Below are positions 22,807 to 37,467 of a stretch of 64,000 nt of DNA, one piece after another (positions within the stretch are counted from its first letter, which is position 1; each line of letters begins with the position of its first letter). The notes below the pieces were generated by a model that saw only the letters and a program-made list of their open reading frames with translations, was not told the origin of the DNA and searched no databases. Source of the stretch: Eledone cirrhosa (taxonomy: Eukaryota); the NCBI GenBank assembly GCA_964016885.1, contig OZ024741.1, forward strand, positions 276,706,001 to 276,770,000. The letters are read 5' to 3'. Position numbers and translations under genes: made by a program.

Positions 22807-25800
22807 AGGATAGTAGACGTGTGTCATATCGCTCTGTGATTTGGATTTTTACCTGCTATTTTTGTGAGTGGATTTTTTTGAATTCTTTTGTATAATTAAC
22901 TGTAACCCCTAGTCTGGGACTCTAGACGTCGGGTAAATATATTTTCACCCCTTTTGGGGTGAAAAATAAATATTTCAGAAATGTTTATCGATATCGTTGA
23001 TAACGATATCGTCGAAAACGATATCGCCATATTGGAAGCGAACGCCACGCCGACCAAAAAAACAAGCGGGAAAGAGGGAACAACAGTTCAAACTGTTGAA
23101 CAACCCCTCCTCTCCAATGAAAAAAAGAATTTCAATTCAAATGAAAAAATTAATTTTCAAGAAAAAAATAACACCACAAATAAGGAAACCAACAACATTA
23201 CAACAACAAACAAAGACAAAATTTCTTTTGCCCAAACACTCAGGAGAGCCACGGAATACAAAGCCATTGACATCACGAACGCCAAGGAAAATTTGCTAGA
23301 GGCTAGAAAATACGTATCTTTTGGGGAGGATGGTTCTTTTACGATCAACTCCCCAGAAGAAGTACGTCAACAGATTTACAAGAATACCGTAAGCTACAGA
23401 ACCATAACCAACGAAACGAGAAAGCCAGCGCAATTGACCGAAAGTCAAATCGAGCTGGTTCTTAAAGAAATTAAAAATGACATACTCTTTATTCAAAGAG
23501 GAAAGCTGTATGCCAGCATTATGGTCCGAATGAAGGACGAAATGCTGGCTCAGAAATATTCGGTGGCACCTATAGTGTCACCACAATACACCTTCTTCCC
23601 CACATATAAAGGAAGAAGAACACAAAGGATAAGAATGTGGAGCCCTACGCCAGAAATTAACATCTGGTCCGTCCTAACAGGATTTACCGACCTAGATAAG
23701 GACATACTAATTTCAGCAGGGGAGTCCACCAGTGGACTGTTCGGCGGGAAAAGTCTGGAGGTTCTCTTACAGATGACACCTGAGAGAATCTCCGGAATAC
23801 CCGACCGAGTGCTACTGGATGGGCGAACCTACATAAATATCACAGTGGAAGGCAGGAGACCCTCATGTTACCACTGCGCTGGCAGAGGTCACCTGAGGAC
23901 GGCCTGCCCTCTACTAACAACTAAAAAACCACTGCTACAAACACCACAACAACAACAAAAACAACCAGCACCACCATCACAAAAACAACAAAATACACTA
24001 CCATCTCCACCAGAACAACAAAAACCAACAACACCACCACCACCACCGCCACAACAACAACAACAACAACAACAACATCAACAACAGCTCAAGAAAACAA
24101 CCCAAAACACGGTCCCACCCAGCCCCACCCACAGAACACAAATACAAAAACAGTTCATACACAACCCGGAGATATACCCCTCCCCTCCAATACGGAAGAG
24201 GAGCTCATATCGTCGGAAGACGAGGGGGCTCCCTTCCAAAAAGTGAAAAGAAAAAAACGTACACACACCACAACAACAAAAATAACCCCACCTGACAACA
24301 TAACACAGACAATAAAACGCAAACTCACTCAACAACAGCAAGCAAAAACAAACACAACAACACAAAAACTCTACACATACATAAACAAAAACAATGAAAA
24401 CCTAACTTTAAAAATAGAAACCAACCCTTCGATACAAACCGAAGGGCCGAATTTCGTAACGGCAATGGGGCTCCCTAACCTGAAAATGGTGAAAATCCCA
24501 CTTGACATTTTCAAAACTTTAAAAGACATGTACCCTGTGGACGTGGGCCCACCCTGCACCAGGCCACTCAACCGCGTCCTCCTGAAATGTTTTCCCCTCC
24601 CCTCCTCAAACACCCACACAACTCCAAAGATCCCAACCCCTCCACACACTAATACCCCCACACCACCACAAACCACCACCCCACCCATCAACCCCGCCAC
24701 CAGCCCCATGGAAACTGAGCGACCCGAACCCCGGGACGCAGAGAGGTAAGTGCCTCTTTCTTTGCCACCAACATGGCTGTCTTAAGAGTAGGTTGTCTAA
24801 ATGCGCGTGGCCTGGGCTCACCTTGGAAGCAAGCTAAACTTCTAAGTGACCTCAGGTCACAATGTGTAAATGTGATGGTTATTTGCGAGGCCCGGATCAG
24901 CAGCATGCGACAGCTAACCCCCACCTTTGATGACTTTGAGATGCACGCATCTCTCTGTCAGCCTGGAGGTGGGGGTGGGGTTGTCGTTCTGCTGCAAAAA
25001 CATCTGGGTCTCGCTACACAGACGGTACACTTGGACCCGGAGGGTCGACTCGTGGTTCTGGACCTTGGCAATGGCGAAGGCGAAGCTTTTAGGCTTGTCG
25101 CCGTATACGCCCCTTTTGGGGCAATGCGGTCGGACTTCTTCCATCGTCTGGAGACTTTTCTAGGGACGTCCCGCTCCTTGCTTTTAGTGGGGGACTGGAA
25201 TGGTATCCTAGATGCACGTTGGGACTATGTAGGGGCATGTCCCGATAGAGGGGGGTGTAACAGCCTTAAGGGGTTAATCGGCCGATTCGACCTGGCCGAT
25301 AGATACCGACTAGATTTTCCGACTGTACCAACCTGGACCTGGTCAAATAACAGTGGTCAATCTAGATCGTACCTAGATAGGTTCTTAGTTAGAATTAAGG
25401 ATAGGGACTTTTTAAGTTGTCCAGAAATGCTCATGGTGGGCTATTCAGACCACAAGTTAGTGACCTGCGTAGTCCACCTTGATAGAACGCATAGGCAGGG
25501 GCCCGGTTACTGGAAGCTCAACTTGTCCTTACCGGCAAGTAGAGCTTACAGGGACCGGATTAGAACCTTAGTTAAGGAGCAGTTGACGGGCGCCATCGTC
25601 AACAACAGGTGGTGGGGCTCTCTAAAAAGAGAGATTAGAGTAGTTTCAATAGGAGTTAGTAAGGAGTTAGCCTCAGATAGAAATAGGAAGGAAAGGGAGT
25701 TGGTAGTTAATGTTGAAGAGGCAATGAGAAGCGACAACGTGGCCAGAGTGCAAGCGTCGAGAACGGTCTTGAACCAGTTCTTCGACGCGAAACACGAAGG

Positions 25801-28433
25801 CTGCGTTGTCCGAAGCAAAATACGTGCTCTGGGAAACGAGGGGACCAAAGCTGTTAGCTGGGCCCGCGTGACAGAAGCGAAAAGTGGGATTAAATCCACT
25901 ATCCGGTCTTTGCGAGACCAGGATGGACGGCTGATCCTTGAACCTAAGCAAATGTGCGAGGCCTTTCAAAGGCACTTTGCCCAATTGTTCGGGAGGGGCG
26001 GGGAGCCGGTTGGAGATGTGGATTTCGGTCCATACCTCGACGGCCTGCCGCATCTTTCGGACAGGGAGGCGAGGTCCTGCGACGGGCCGATCTCAGCTGC
26101 TGAAATAGGGGACGTGCTGAGCCTATGCGGCAAACGCAAATCTCCAGGACTCGATGGTCTGCCCTACGAACTATATATTAATATGCCGGACTTGTTCCCC
26201 GATCTCCTCGAGGCGGTCTACTGCAACTGGCAACAGAACGGGAGAATTCCCTGTTCTGTGACCAAGGGCGTAGTCTCGCTAGTGAGGAAGGACGAGAACA
26301 AGGGGGATGACATTAGTAATTTTAGGCCCATAACTCTGCTAAATGCAGAGTTAAAGATTTTGGCGAAGGTGTTAGCGAAGAGGTTGGCGCTTGTCGTGGG
26401 GGGCCTGGTGGGAGATGCGCAGACATGCGCTATCCCGTCCAGGTCCATCCACGACAACCTCCACCTCATGCGATACATCATAGAGAGGGTTGGGAACGAA
26501 CCCGGCTTTGGTGGGGCCCTGATAAATTTAGATCAGTCTAAAGCGTTCGATAGGGTGGACCATGGTTACCTGGATGCGGTGCTAGCGGCGGCTGGGTTCG
26601 GACCCGTTTTCAGGGGCTGGATCACTGCCATGCACAGCAGCCGCATCTGCTCTAGAATCAAGGTGAACGGCTACCTTTCGGAGCCGTTCGAAATCACCCG
26701 CTCCATCCGACAGGGGTGCCCTCTCTCCTCCCTTCTGTATGTATTGACTCTCGAGCCATTACTGCGGAAGTTGGAGTTGTTGCAGGGCATCCCTTTGGAA
26801 CCGGGATTGCGCAAAGCGGTGTCGGCCTACGCCGATGACGTAACAGTAATGGTGTCGACCGCCTCGGAAATCGAGGCAATCGGCACCTTACTAGAGGAGT
26901 ACGAAAGGTTGACAGGGGCTAAGCTGAACCGGGACAAGTCAGTCGCTTTGCAACTCGGCGAGTGGAGGGGCAAAGCGATGTCGTGCGACGGTATCGTCGG
27001 ACGGTGGACGGAGGGCCCGGTGAAGTTGCTTGGGGTCTGGTTCGGACCGGACCTCCAGGTGGAGAAAAACTGGGGTGAGGTGACGAATAGGGTGTTTGCA
27101 CTGACCCAGAAGTGGGCCGAGTGCAAACTATCCCTAAAAGGTCGGGCGGAGGTGGCGAACGCTTACATAGCGTCCGTCATCTATTACCGCTTGACTGTCG
27201 TGCCTTGCCCGGGTGAGATCCTCGCCAAAATGGAGCGCGCCCTCTTTTATTTCCTTTGGAAGAAGAGGTCTCCTCTAGTGAGGAGATCCATCTGCTGTCA
27301 ACACCCTTTGAAAGGAGGGCTGGGGATGCCGTGGCTAAAAATGCGTAAACACGCATTGAGGCTAAGGCACCTCCACGTATTCCTCACCGGTCAACCGGTG
27401 TGGGCCCCGTTTGTGAGGCGAGCCTTCCCGAGGCTCGTCTCGCTCACCGAGCTGCAGTCCTGGGTGAAGCAAAGACCGAGAAAACTGGGCGACTGGCACA
27501 CCGAGTGTGCCCAGGCGCTCACGGCTCTCTGGCAGGCGGACCCGGCTATCGACGGAGACTCCACCTCGTCATTCTATAGAGGGCTGGTGGTTAGCGGATG
27601 CGACGACGCCCTCGGAGAAGCCCTAGGCATGGAGGAGGACGAACTGGCCAGTCTATTCGGTAGGACTTTCGGCCCGGGACCTATGGACAACTTCCAGAAG
27701 TCCTTGGCCTGGCAGTGCTACCGAGGGTTCTGCCCGTTCGGGATAAGCTCTACAGACACGGGCGCCCGGGTAGGGACCCCTCGAAAAAGATCTGTCCCAG
27801 ATGCGTGCGCGACGAGGAAACCGTCGCGCACGCATTGGTGCACTGCCCAGGCGTTGCCGATCTGTGGGGCTATGTTGAACAACTGCTGTCACGGGTGGGA
27901 CCAATTAGGTTGACCACCGAGTCCATTGTAACGATCAAGCCGCCTCCCCCCTTCAAAAATGAAGGAGAGGCGGTCTTCCTCTGTGTAATAGCCATGGTAA
28001 AAGAGGCTATATGGTGGACGCGTCTGAAAGGGCTGAGGTCGGACACCTTTCTCTCCGGCCAGCAACTGGTCCTTTTCTTCCGATACCATTTCGGAAGAAG
28101 GATCAGGATGGAGAGAGAGGTGCTCCACTCCAGCCAGTTTTATGAAAGGTGGGTGAAAGTTGCGAGAATGGCCCGTGTGAATGGGCCTTGTCTCTACCTC
28201 AGCCTGTAGGTGGAACAGAAAGGAGGGAGCACCCTCTCTTTGTGCTCCCGTGGAGAAGGGTCGCACACTTTTTTCGGGGGTGTGTGTGACCCCAAAACGA
28301 TCCCTCCCTATTGAGGATCTTCTTGTTATTATTTTGTTTGTTATATTTTTCTTACTCGATTTTTATGTAAACTCCCCCCACCCATGTACATGTCCCTTTC
28401 TTTTGTGCCCTAGTGGCAAATAAACAGAAATTT
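22806..28433 (+). mobile_element. Full-length Tx1-like copy A3, defective
   Basis: ORF1 22981-24749 with the same frameshift as A2 (~24128); ORF2 24773-28209 with a frameshift near 27726. Confidence 0.95.
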
Positions 28434-28442
28434 GTCTATCTA

Positions 28443-31400
28443 ATTGAGCTGGTTCTAAGAAACTCCATGAAGGACATTACCTCCATACAGAAGGGAAAAC
28501 TCTTCGGGAGTTTATCAATAATAATGAAAGACCAATTGACGGCACAGAAATATTCTGTGTCGCCAATTGTGCCCCCCCCCTCTACACCTTTTCCCCCACA
28601 TATATTTGAAAAAGGACCCAAAAAATAAGAGTAACAAACATCACACCAAATGTAAACATCTGGTGGATAATAGCTGGTTTCATCAATTTTGATGAAGATA
28701 CACTAATTTCTGTAGGAAAGTCCTCCAGGGGCATAGTCAACGGTACAAGCTTAGAAGTTCTGGTCCAAATGAGACCAGAACGGATAGCTAGAATACCACA
28801 ACGTGTGCCTCTGGGTGGAAATTCCCACATAAACATTTCTGTTGAGGGTAGGCGGCCTTCATGTTACCACTGTTTAAGCAGTAGTCGCCTGAGGGCTTCC
28901 TGTCTTCAATTAACTGCATTAAAAAAAGGCACTACTGCCGACACCCAATACAACAACACAACCACCACCACCACAACAACAACAACACACAAAAATAACA
29001 AAAACAAACCAAACTGCAAACACAGTCCCACCCAACCCCTTCCCACGCAAAACAACTCCAAAAACACCCACAAGCACAACAGCTCCCCAAAACGTAACCC
29101 TCCCCAATCAAACAGACACGACAACGGACGAAGCCCCCTCGTCATCACTCAGTGATGATGAGGAAGAACCCCTCCGCTCAAAAAAAAAAAAGAATAAAGA
29201 CATAACACGAACAAAAAGGCAACAAACACACAACCACCAACACAAACAACACAAACATTACAAACAAAAATCCCCCCTCCCGAAAACAAAACAATGACAA
29301 CACTCCAAACACAAATACCCACAACAAAACGAAAACACACACAAGAACAACAGACAAAAACTAACACAACACAACAAAAATATTATACATACATAAACAC
29401 TGACAATAAAACCTTGATGGAGGTTATCTCCAAAAACCCTTCCGTGGAAACCGAAGGAAAATATTTTACCAAATGTAAAGACAAACCTAATTTAAGGATG
29501 ATTAGGGTCCCTACGGACACCTATAAGTCCTTAAAGGAAAACTTTGCTGAGGACGTGGGGAATATGTGTGTTAAACCAACGAACCGCGTCCTCTTGAAAC
29601 GTTTCCACACCCCACCCCAGTCTTCCCCACTCTACCAGAATCCCTCCCCACCAAACATCTCCGTCCCCACCCCGCCAAGAACCACCACCCTACCAAACAA
29701 CCCCTCCAACACCCCCATGGACATTGTGCAGCCTGGTCTCCAGGAAGTGAGGAGGTAAGTGAATTCTTTCCTCTTCTTTTCTAACTCTTCCTCACCAACA
29801 TGGCCGATATAAAAGTCGGATGTGTGAATGTGCGCGGCCTGGGGATGTCCTGGAAACAGGGCAAATTCTTAAACGGCCTCAGGTCGCACAGTATGGCTGT
29901 AATTGCTATCTGTGAGTCCAGGATCCACAGCGAGCGACAGCTGACTCCCATCTTCGATGATTATGAGATCTACGCATCTCTATGTCAGCCGGGAGGTGGG
30001 GGCGGGGTTGCCGTTTTGCTGAGGAAACACCTGGGCCTCGTAACACAGACGGTACATCTGGACCCGGAGGGTCGACTGGTGGTCCTAGACGTTGACGGTA
30101 GTGAAGGTGGAGCCTTCAGGCTGGTGGCCGCATATGCCCCATCCGGGACTCCGCGGCCAGACTTCTTCAAACGTCTAGAGACTTTTCTGGGGACGTCCCG
30201 CTCCTTGCTTTTAGTGGAGGACTGGAATGGATGCACGTTGGGACTATGTGGGAGCATTTCCCGATAAAGGGGGGTGTAACAGCCTCAAACAGTTAATCGA
30301 CCGATTTGACCTGGCCGATAGATATCGACTAGATTTTCCGACTGTGCCACTGTGGACGTGGACTAATCGCAGCGGAACATCTAGACCGTACCTAGATAGG
30401 GTTCTAGTTAGAAATAAGGATAGGGACATGTTAAGCTATCCACAAATGTTCATGGTTGCTTATTCAGATCACAAACTAGTTTCCTGCATGGTCAACCTTG
30501 ATAGACCCCATAGAAAAGGACCCGGCTACTGGAAGCTGAATTTGTCGTTGCCGACATGCAAAGCCTACAGAAGACGGATTAACACTTTAGTTAAACAGTA
30601 CTTGACAGGGGCCATTGTCAACAACAGATGGTGGTACTCTCTCAAGAGGGCAGTTAGATTAGACTCGTTAGTTTTTAGTAAAGAATTAGCGTTAGATAGA
30701 AATAGGACCGAGAAGGAACTGGTAGATAAAGTAGAAGAGGCAGTTAGAAGTGGGAAGGTAGCCAGCGTGCTAGCAACGAGAACGGCCTTGGACCAGTTCT
30801 TCAACGCAAAGCATGAGGGCTGCGTTGTCAGAAGCAAAATACGTGTTTTGGGTAACGAGGGAGCCAAAGCTGTTAACTAGGCCCGAGTGACGGAGGCGAA
30901 AAGTGGCAACAAGTCCACGATTCGGTCTTTGAAGGAGCAAGACGGACACGTGATACGTGAGCCGAAGCAGATGCGCGTGGCCTTTCAGCGGCACTTTGCT
31001 CAGCTGTTCGGGCAGGGCGGCGCGCCGGGAGGGGCTATGGATTTCGGTCCATACCTCGACGGCCTACCGTGACTATCGGACAGCGAGGCGGAGTTCTGCG
31101 AAAAGCCGATTTCAACCGCTGAGATAGGAGACACCCTGAGCCAATGCGGCAAACGCAAATCTCCAGGTCTCGACGGTCTACCCTACGAATTTTACGTAGC
31201 AATGCCGGACTTGTTCTGCGGTCTCCTTGAAGCGGTCTACTGCAACTGGCAGCAGAACGGGAGAATTCCCAGTTCTGTGACCAAGGGCGTAGTCACACTA
31301 GTCAGGAAGGACGAGAATAAGGGGGATGACATAGGCAACTTCCAGCCCATAACTCTGCTAAACACAGAGTTACAGATTTTGGCCAAGGTGTTGGCAAAGA

Positions 31401-33434
31401 GGCTGGTGGTTGTCGTCGAAAACCTGGTGAGAGAAGCGCAGACATGCACAATCACGACCAGGTCCATACACGACAACCTTCACCTCATGCGATACATCAT
31501 AGAGAGCGTAGGGTGTAAACCCGGCTTCGGTGGGGCCTGATCAACATGGATCAGTCTAAGGCATTCGATAGAGTTGACCATCGTTACCTGGATGCGGTGC
31601 TCGAAGCGGCAGGCTTCGGACCCGTGTTCAGGGGCTGGATTGCTGCAATTCACAACAGCAACACCTGCTCAAGGGTTTAGGTGAACGGCTACCTCTAGGA
31701 GCCGTTCCATATCACGCGATCCATCCGACAGGGATGCCCTCTTTCCTCCCTTCTGCACGTATTGACTCTCGAGTCACTACTGTGGAAGTTGGAGCTATTG
31801 CAGGGCATCCCTCTAGAACCGGGACTGCAGAAAGCGGCGTCGGCCTACGCCGATGACGTTGCAATAATGGTGTCGAGCACCTCGCAAATCGGGGAAGTCG
31901 GCACCTTACTGAAGGAATACGAAAGGTTCACAGGAGCGAAGCTGAACCGGGACAAGTCCGTCGGTTTGCAACTCGGATCGTGGAGAGGCACACCGATTCC
32001 TTCCGATGGCGTCGTCGGACGCTGGACGGAAGGACCGGTAAAGCTGCTCGGGGTCTGGTTTGGTCCGGACCTCCATGTGGAGAAAAACTGGAACGAGGTG
32101 ACGGCCAAGGTGTTTGCACTCACCCAGAAGTGGGCTGAGTGCAAACTATCCTTGAAAGGTCGAGCGGAGGTGGCGAACACTTTTATAGCGTCCGTCATCT
32201 ACTACCGCTTGACTGTCGTGCCTTGTCCAGCCAAAACGCTCACCAAAATAGAGCGCGCGCTCTTCCAATTCCTTTGGAAGCAGCGGGATCCTTTGGTGAG
32301 AAGATCCATCTACTGCCAACACCCTTCCAACGGAGGGCTGGGGATGCCGTGACTGACGATGCGCAAACACGCGCCCAGGCTGCGGCATCTCTACGTATTC
32401 CTCACCGGACAACCGGTGTGAGCCCCGTTCGTCTCGCTGACCGAGCTGCAGTCCTGGGTCAAGCAAAGACCGATGAAAATGGGCGACTGGCACATCGAAT
32501 GTGCTCAGGCGCTCACAGCCCTATGGCAGGCTGACGCGGCGATCAGTGGAGACTCCACTTCGTCATTCTATAGAGGGTTGATCCGTAGCAAGTGCGACGA
32601 CGCGCTCGGAGAAACTCTAGGCGTAGAGGAAGATGAACTGGCCAGTCTGTTCGGTAGGACCTTCCGCCCGGGACCGATGGACAACTTCCATAAGTCCCTG
32701 GCCTGGCAGTGCTACTGAGGAGCTCTACCAGTTCGATACAAGCTCTACAGACATGGACGTCCGGGCAGGGACCCTTCGTAAAAGATCTGTCTGAGATGCG
32801 TGCGAGACGAAGAAACCGTCGCACACGCATTCATACACTTCCCGGGCGTTACCGACCTGTGGGGTTATGTAGAACGACTATTGTCGCGGGTGGGACCAGT
32901 CCAGTTGACCACCGAGTCCATTGTCATGATCAAACCGCCACCCTCCTTCAAAAACGAAGGAGAGACGGTTTTCCTTTGTGTGATAGCTATGGCGAAAGAG
33001 CTTTATGGTGGACGAGGTTAAAAGGGCTGAGGTCAGACACCTTTCTCTCGGGCCAACAACTGATTCTTTTTTTCAAATACCACTTTGGAAGAAGAATCAG
33101 GATAGAGAGAGAGGTGCTGTACCCCAGCAAGTTTTATGAAAGGTGAGTTAAAGTGGCGTGAATGGGCCGAGTGAATGGGCCTTCTCTCTATATCAGCCTG
33201 TAGGTTGATGAAAAAGAGGAATGGGGTACAAACTCTTCGTACTCCTGGAGATGAGGGTTGCACATTTTTTTCGTGGGTATGTGTTACCCATATGTAATGT
33301 CTCCCCCTATTGGGGAAAATCGATTAATTTTTAAATTACATTTGTGATAGCATTTTACACGTTTTTATTGTATGTAAACTTCCCCTTTGTATTTGTCCCC
33401 TTCTTTTGTGCCCCTGTGGCTAATAAAGAAACAC
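28443..33434 (+). mobile_element. Tx1-like copy B, 5'-truncated in ORF1, decayed
   Basis: Starts at IELVLR (A1: IELVLK). ORF1 remnant to 29758; ORF2 remnant 29800-33203 with many stops and frameshifts. 3' UTR ends GGCTAATAAAGAAAC, then (TATC)n. Confidence 0.9.
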
Positions 33435-33468
<34 letters not shown>

Positions 33469-33473
33469 GTATG

Positions 33474-33535
<62 letters not shown>

Positions 33536-33573
33536 ACTACTGTCTAGCTATCTAGCTATATATCTATCTATCT
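33435..33573 (+). repeat. (TATC)n spacer between copies B and C
   Basis: Directly visible. Confidence 0.95.
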
Positions 33574-36500
33574 AACCGTGTCCTGTTGAAATGTTTCCCC
33601 GCCCCACTCAACACCCCCACCAGAATTTAAATGGAGATTGAACAACCCGATCTCCAGGAAACGAAAAGATAAGTGCACCTTTTCGTTCTTTTTACCAACT
33701 CTTCTCAACCAACATGGCTGACTTACGAGTTGGAAGCGTGAATGTGCGTGGCCTAGGGATGCCCTGGAAACAGGGCCAACTTTTAAACGACCTTAGGTCA
33801 CATGGTATAGATGTAATAGCCATCACCGAGTCCAGGATCCACAACAGGCAGCAACTAACACCCATCTTCAATGACTTTGAGATCGACGCATCTCTCTGTC
33901 AGCCGGGAGGTGGAGGGGAAGTGACTGTCATGGTTCGGAAAAACATGGATCTCGGAGTACAGCAAGTACACTTGGACCCGGAGGGTAGACTGGTAGTCCT
34001 AGACGTGAACAGTATTGGAGGTGGAGCCTTCAGACTGGTAGCCGTTTATGCCCCGACCGGGCAATCACAATCGCGGCCAGACTTCTTTAAGCGTCTGGAA
34101 TCTCTTCTGGGAACGTCTCGCTCCTTGCTTTTAGTAGGGGACTGGAATGGTATCCTAGATGAACGATGGGACTATGTGGGAGCATGTCCCAGTAGAGCGG
34201 GGTGCAACAGCCTTAAAACCTTAATCGGCCAATTCCAACTGGCTGATAGGTATCGACTGGATTTCCCGATTGCACCAGTGGACGTGGGTAAACCGCAGCG
34301 GGACATCTGGATCGTATTTAGATAGGTTCTTCATTAGAGAAAGGGACAAGATGTTAAGCTGTCCACGAATGCACATGGTTGCCTATTCAGATCACAAATT
34401 AGTCGTCTGCTTAGTCAACCGTGATAGAACACATAGACAGGGACCCGGATACTGGAAGCTGAACGTATCGTTGCCGGCAAGTAAAGCTTACTGTTGCTTG
34501 ACTAGTCAAGCAACAGTTAACGGGAGCTATCGTCAACAATAGATGGTGGTACTCTCAAGAAAGCAATTAGAGTAGAATCGATAGGGTTTAGCAGAGAGTT
34601 AGTCTTAGAGAAAAACAAAATAGAAAGAGAACTAGTGTCCAAGGTAAAGGAGGCACTTAGAAGTGGCAACGCGGCTAGAGTGTTAACGTCGAGAACGGCA
34701 CTGGACCAGTTCTTCGATGCGAAACACGAAGGCTGCGTAGTCAGAAGCAAAACACGTGCTCTAGGAAACGAAGGAGCGAAAGCTGTCAGCTGGGCCTGAG
34801 TGGCAGAGGCAAAAAGTGGCAACAAGTCCACGATTCGGTCTTTGAAAGTCCAAAACGGACGCGTGCTACTTGACCCCAAGCAAATGCGCGCGGCCTTTCA
34901 GCAGCACTTTGTGCGACAGTTTGAGCAGAACGACGGTGAGCCGAACGGGGCAATGGACTTTAGTTCATACCTCCACGGCCTGCTGCGTCTCTCGAACACG
35001 GACGCCGAGTTCTGCGAAAGACCGGTCACGGACACTGAGATACGGGACGCTCTGGGCCGCTGCGGGAAACGCAATTTACCCGGTCTAGATGGTCTACCCT
35101 ATGACTTTTACATAGCCATGCCGGACTTGTTCTCTGGCGTCCTCGAAGCCGTCTACTGCAATTGGCAGCAGAACGGGAGAATTCCCAGTTCTGCAGGCAA
35201 GAGCGTAGTAACGCTGATCAGGAAAGACGAGAACAAGGGGGACGAAATTAACAACTTCAGGCCCATAACTCTGCGCAACACAGAGTTAAATATTTTGGCC
35301 AAGGTGCTAGCGACGAGGTTGACGCTTGTCGTCGAGAACCTGGTAGAGAAAGCGCAAACGTGTGCAATCCCGACCAGGTCCATACACGACAACCTCCACC
35401 TCATGCGATACATCATAGAGAGGGTGGGTAGTAAACCCGGGTTCGGTGGAGCGCTTATCAATTTGGATCAGTCTAAGGCATTCGATAGGGTCAACCATCG
35501 ATACTTGGAAGCGGTTCTCAAGGCGGCCGGTTTCGGTCCCGTGAGGCGATGCACACCAGCATCTGCTCGAGGGTCAAGGTGAACGGCTACCTATCGGAGC
35601 CGTTCGCAATCACGCGTTCCATTCGACAGGGATGCCCTCTCTCCTCCATTCTGTATTTATTGACTCTAGAGCCACTACTGCGGAAATTGGAGCTGTTGCA
35701 AGGCATCCCTCTAGATCCGGGACTGCGCAAAGTGGCGTCGGCTTATGCCGACGACGTGACGGTAATGGTGTCGAGCACTTCGGAAATCGGGGTGATCAGC
35801 AACATACTGAAAGAATACGAAACGCTGACGGGAGCAAAACTAAACCCGGACAAGTCTGTCGGTTTGCAAATCGGTACGTGGAGAAGCAAACCGATGACGA
35901 CCGACAGCGTCGTTGGACGCAGGATGGACGGAACGGTGAAATTGCTCGGGGTCTGGTTCGGTCCAGACCTCCAGGTGGAGAAAAACTGGAACGAGGTGAT
36001 GGCCAAGGTGTTTGCGCTCACCCAGAAGTGGGCAGAGTGCAAACTGTCCTTGAAAGGTCGAGCGGAGGTGGCGAACACTTTCATAGCGTCCGTCATCTAC
36101 TACCGCTTGACTGTCGTACCTTGTCCCCGTGAACACCTCGCCAAGATGGAAAGCATGCTCTTCCAGTTTCTGTGGAAGAAGCAGGTTCCGCTGATGAGGA
36201 GATCCGTCTGCTGTCAGCACCCTTCCAACGGAGGGCTGGGAATGCCGTGGCTGATAATGCGCAAACATGCGCTGAGGGGGCGGCATATCCAGGTATTCCT
36301 CACCGACCCCCAACGGTGTGGGCACCGTTTGTGATACAGGCTTTCTCGAAGCTCGTCTCGCTGACGGAGCTGCAATCCTGGGTCAAGAAAAGACCGAAAA
36401 AGATGGGCACATGGCACATTGAATGCGCTCAGGCGCTCACAGTCCTCTGGCAAGCGGGCACAGAAATCAGTGGAGACTCCACTTCGACATTCTATAGAGT

Positions 36501-37383
36501 ACGTTACAAGGGCGACGACGTGCTCGGAGAGACTCTGGGCATCGAAGACGATGAGCTCACCAGTCTGTTTGGTAGGACTTTCCGCCTGGGACCTATGGAC
36601 AACTTCCAGAGGTCCCTGGCCTGGCAGTGCTACCGAGGAGTGCTACCGAGGAGTGCTACCGAGGAGCTCTACCGGTTCGTGACAAGATCTACAGGCACCG
36701 ACGCCCGGCAGGGATTCTTCCAAGAGGACGTGTCTAAGATGCGCGCAGGACATTGAAACCGTCCTGCACGCAATTGTACACTGCCCGGGCGTAACCGACC
36801 TGTGGAATTATGCAGAACAACTGCTGTCGCGTATGGGACAAATCCAGTTGACTGCTGAGTCCATAGTAAACATCAAACCGCCAGCCTCTTTCAAAAACGA
36901 AAGAGAGGCGATTTTCCTCTGTACAGTGGCTATGGTGAAAGAAGTTATATGGTGGACGAGATTGAGAGGACTGAGGACAGATGCCTTTCTCTCCGGACAA
37001 CAATTGATTCCCTTCTTTAAGTATCACTTTAGAAGGAGAATCAGAGTGGAGAGAGAGGCACTGCACTCCAGTAAATTTACTGAAAGGTGGGTGAATGTGG
37101 CAAAAATGGCTCGAGTGATTGGGCCTTCTCTGTTTATAAGCCTGTAGGTTAAAGAAGAGAGCAAAAAGAAGAAAGGAGTACTTGCACAGCACGCTCCTGG
37201 AGTTGAGGGTTGTTCTATCGACGGGGTATTAAACAACCCAGTTGTGGCGCTTCCCCCCTATTGGGGATTTCGATTGTTCTAATTGTTGGTTTTTATATTT
37301 TTTTTACACGACTGTATGTAAAATCCCCGGCATGTCTTTGTATTGTCCCCTTTTCTTGTGCGCCCTTGTGGCAAATAAAGAAA
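33574..37383 (+). mobile_element. Tx1-like copy C, truncated near the ORF1 end, decayed
   Basis: Begins NRVLLKCFP. ORF2 remnant 33714-37147; 13-bp unit gtgctaccgagga triplicated at ~36627-36666. Ends GGCAAATAAAGAAA, then TATC. Confidence 0.9.
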
Positions 37384-37467
37384 TCTATCTATCTATCTAT
37401 CTGTAAGTTAATAAAGAAACATATCTGTAAGTTATCTGTATCTATCTATCTATCTATCTATCTATAT

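Noticed and set aside
11332-28433. A1-A3 as an assembly triplication
   Set aside because: The copies have many private and pairwise-shared substitutions and different spacer lengths. Read-level confirmation is still desirable.
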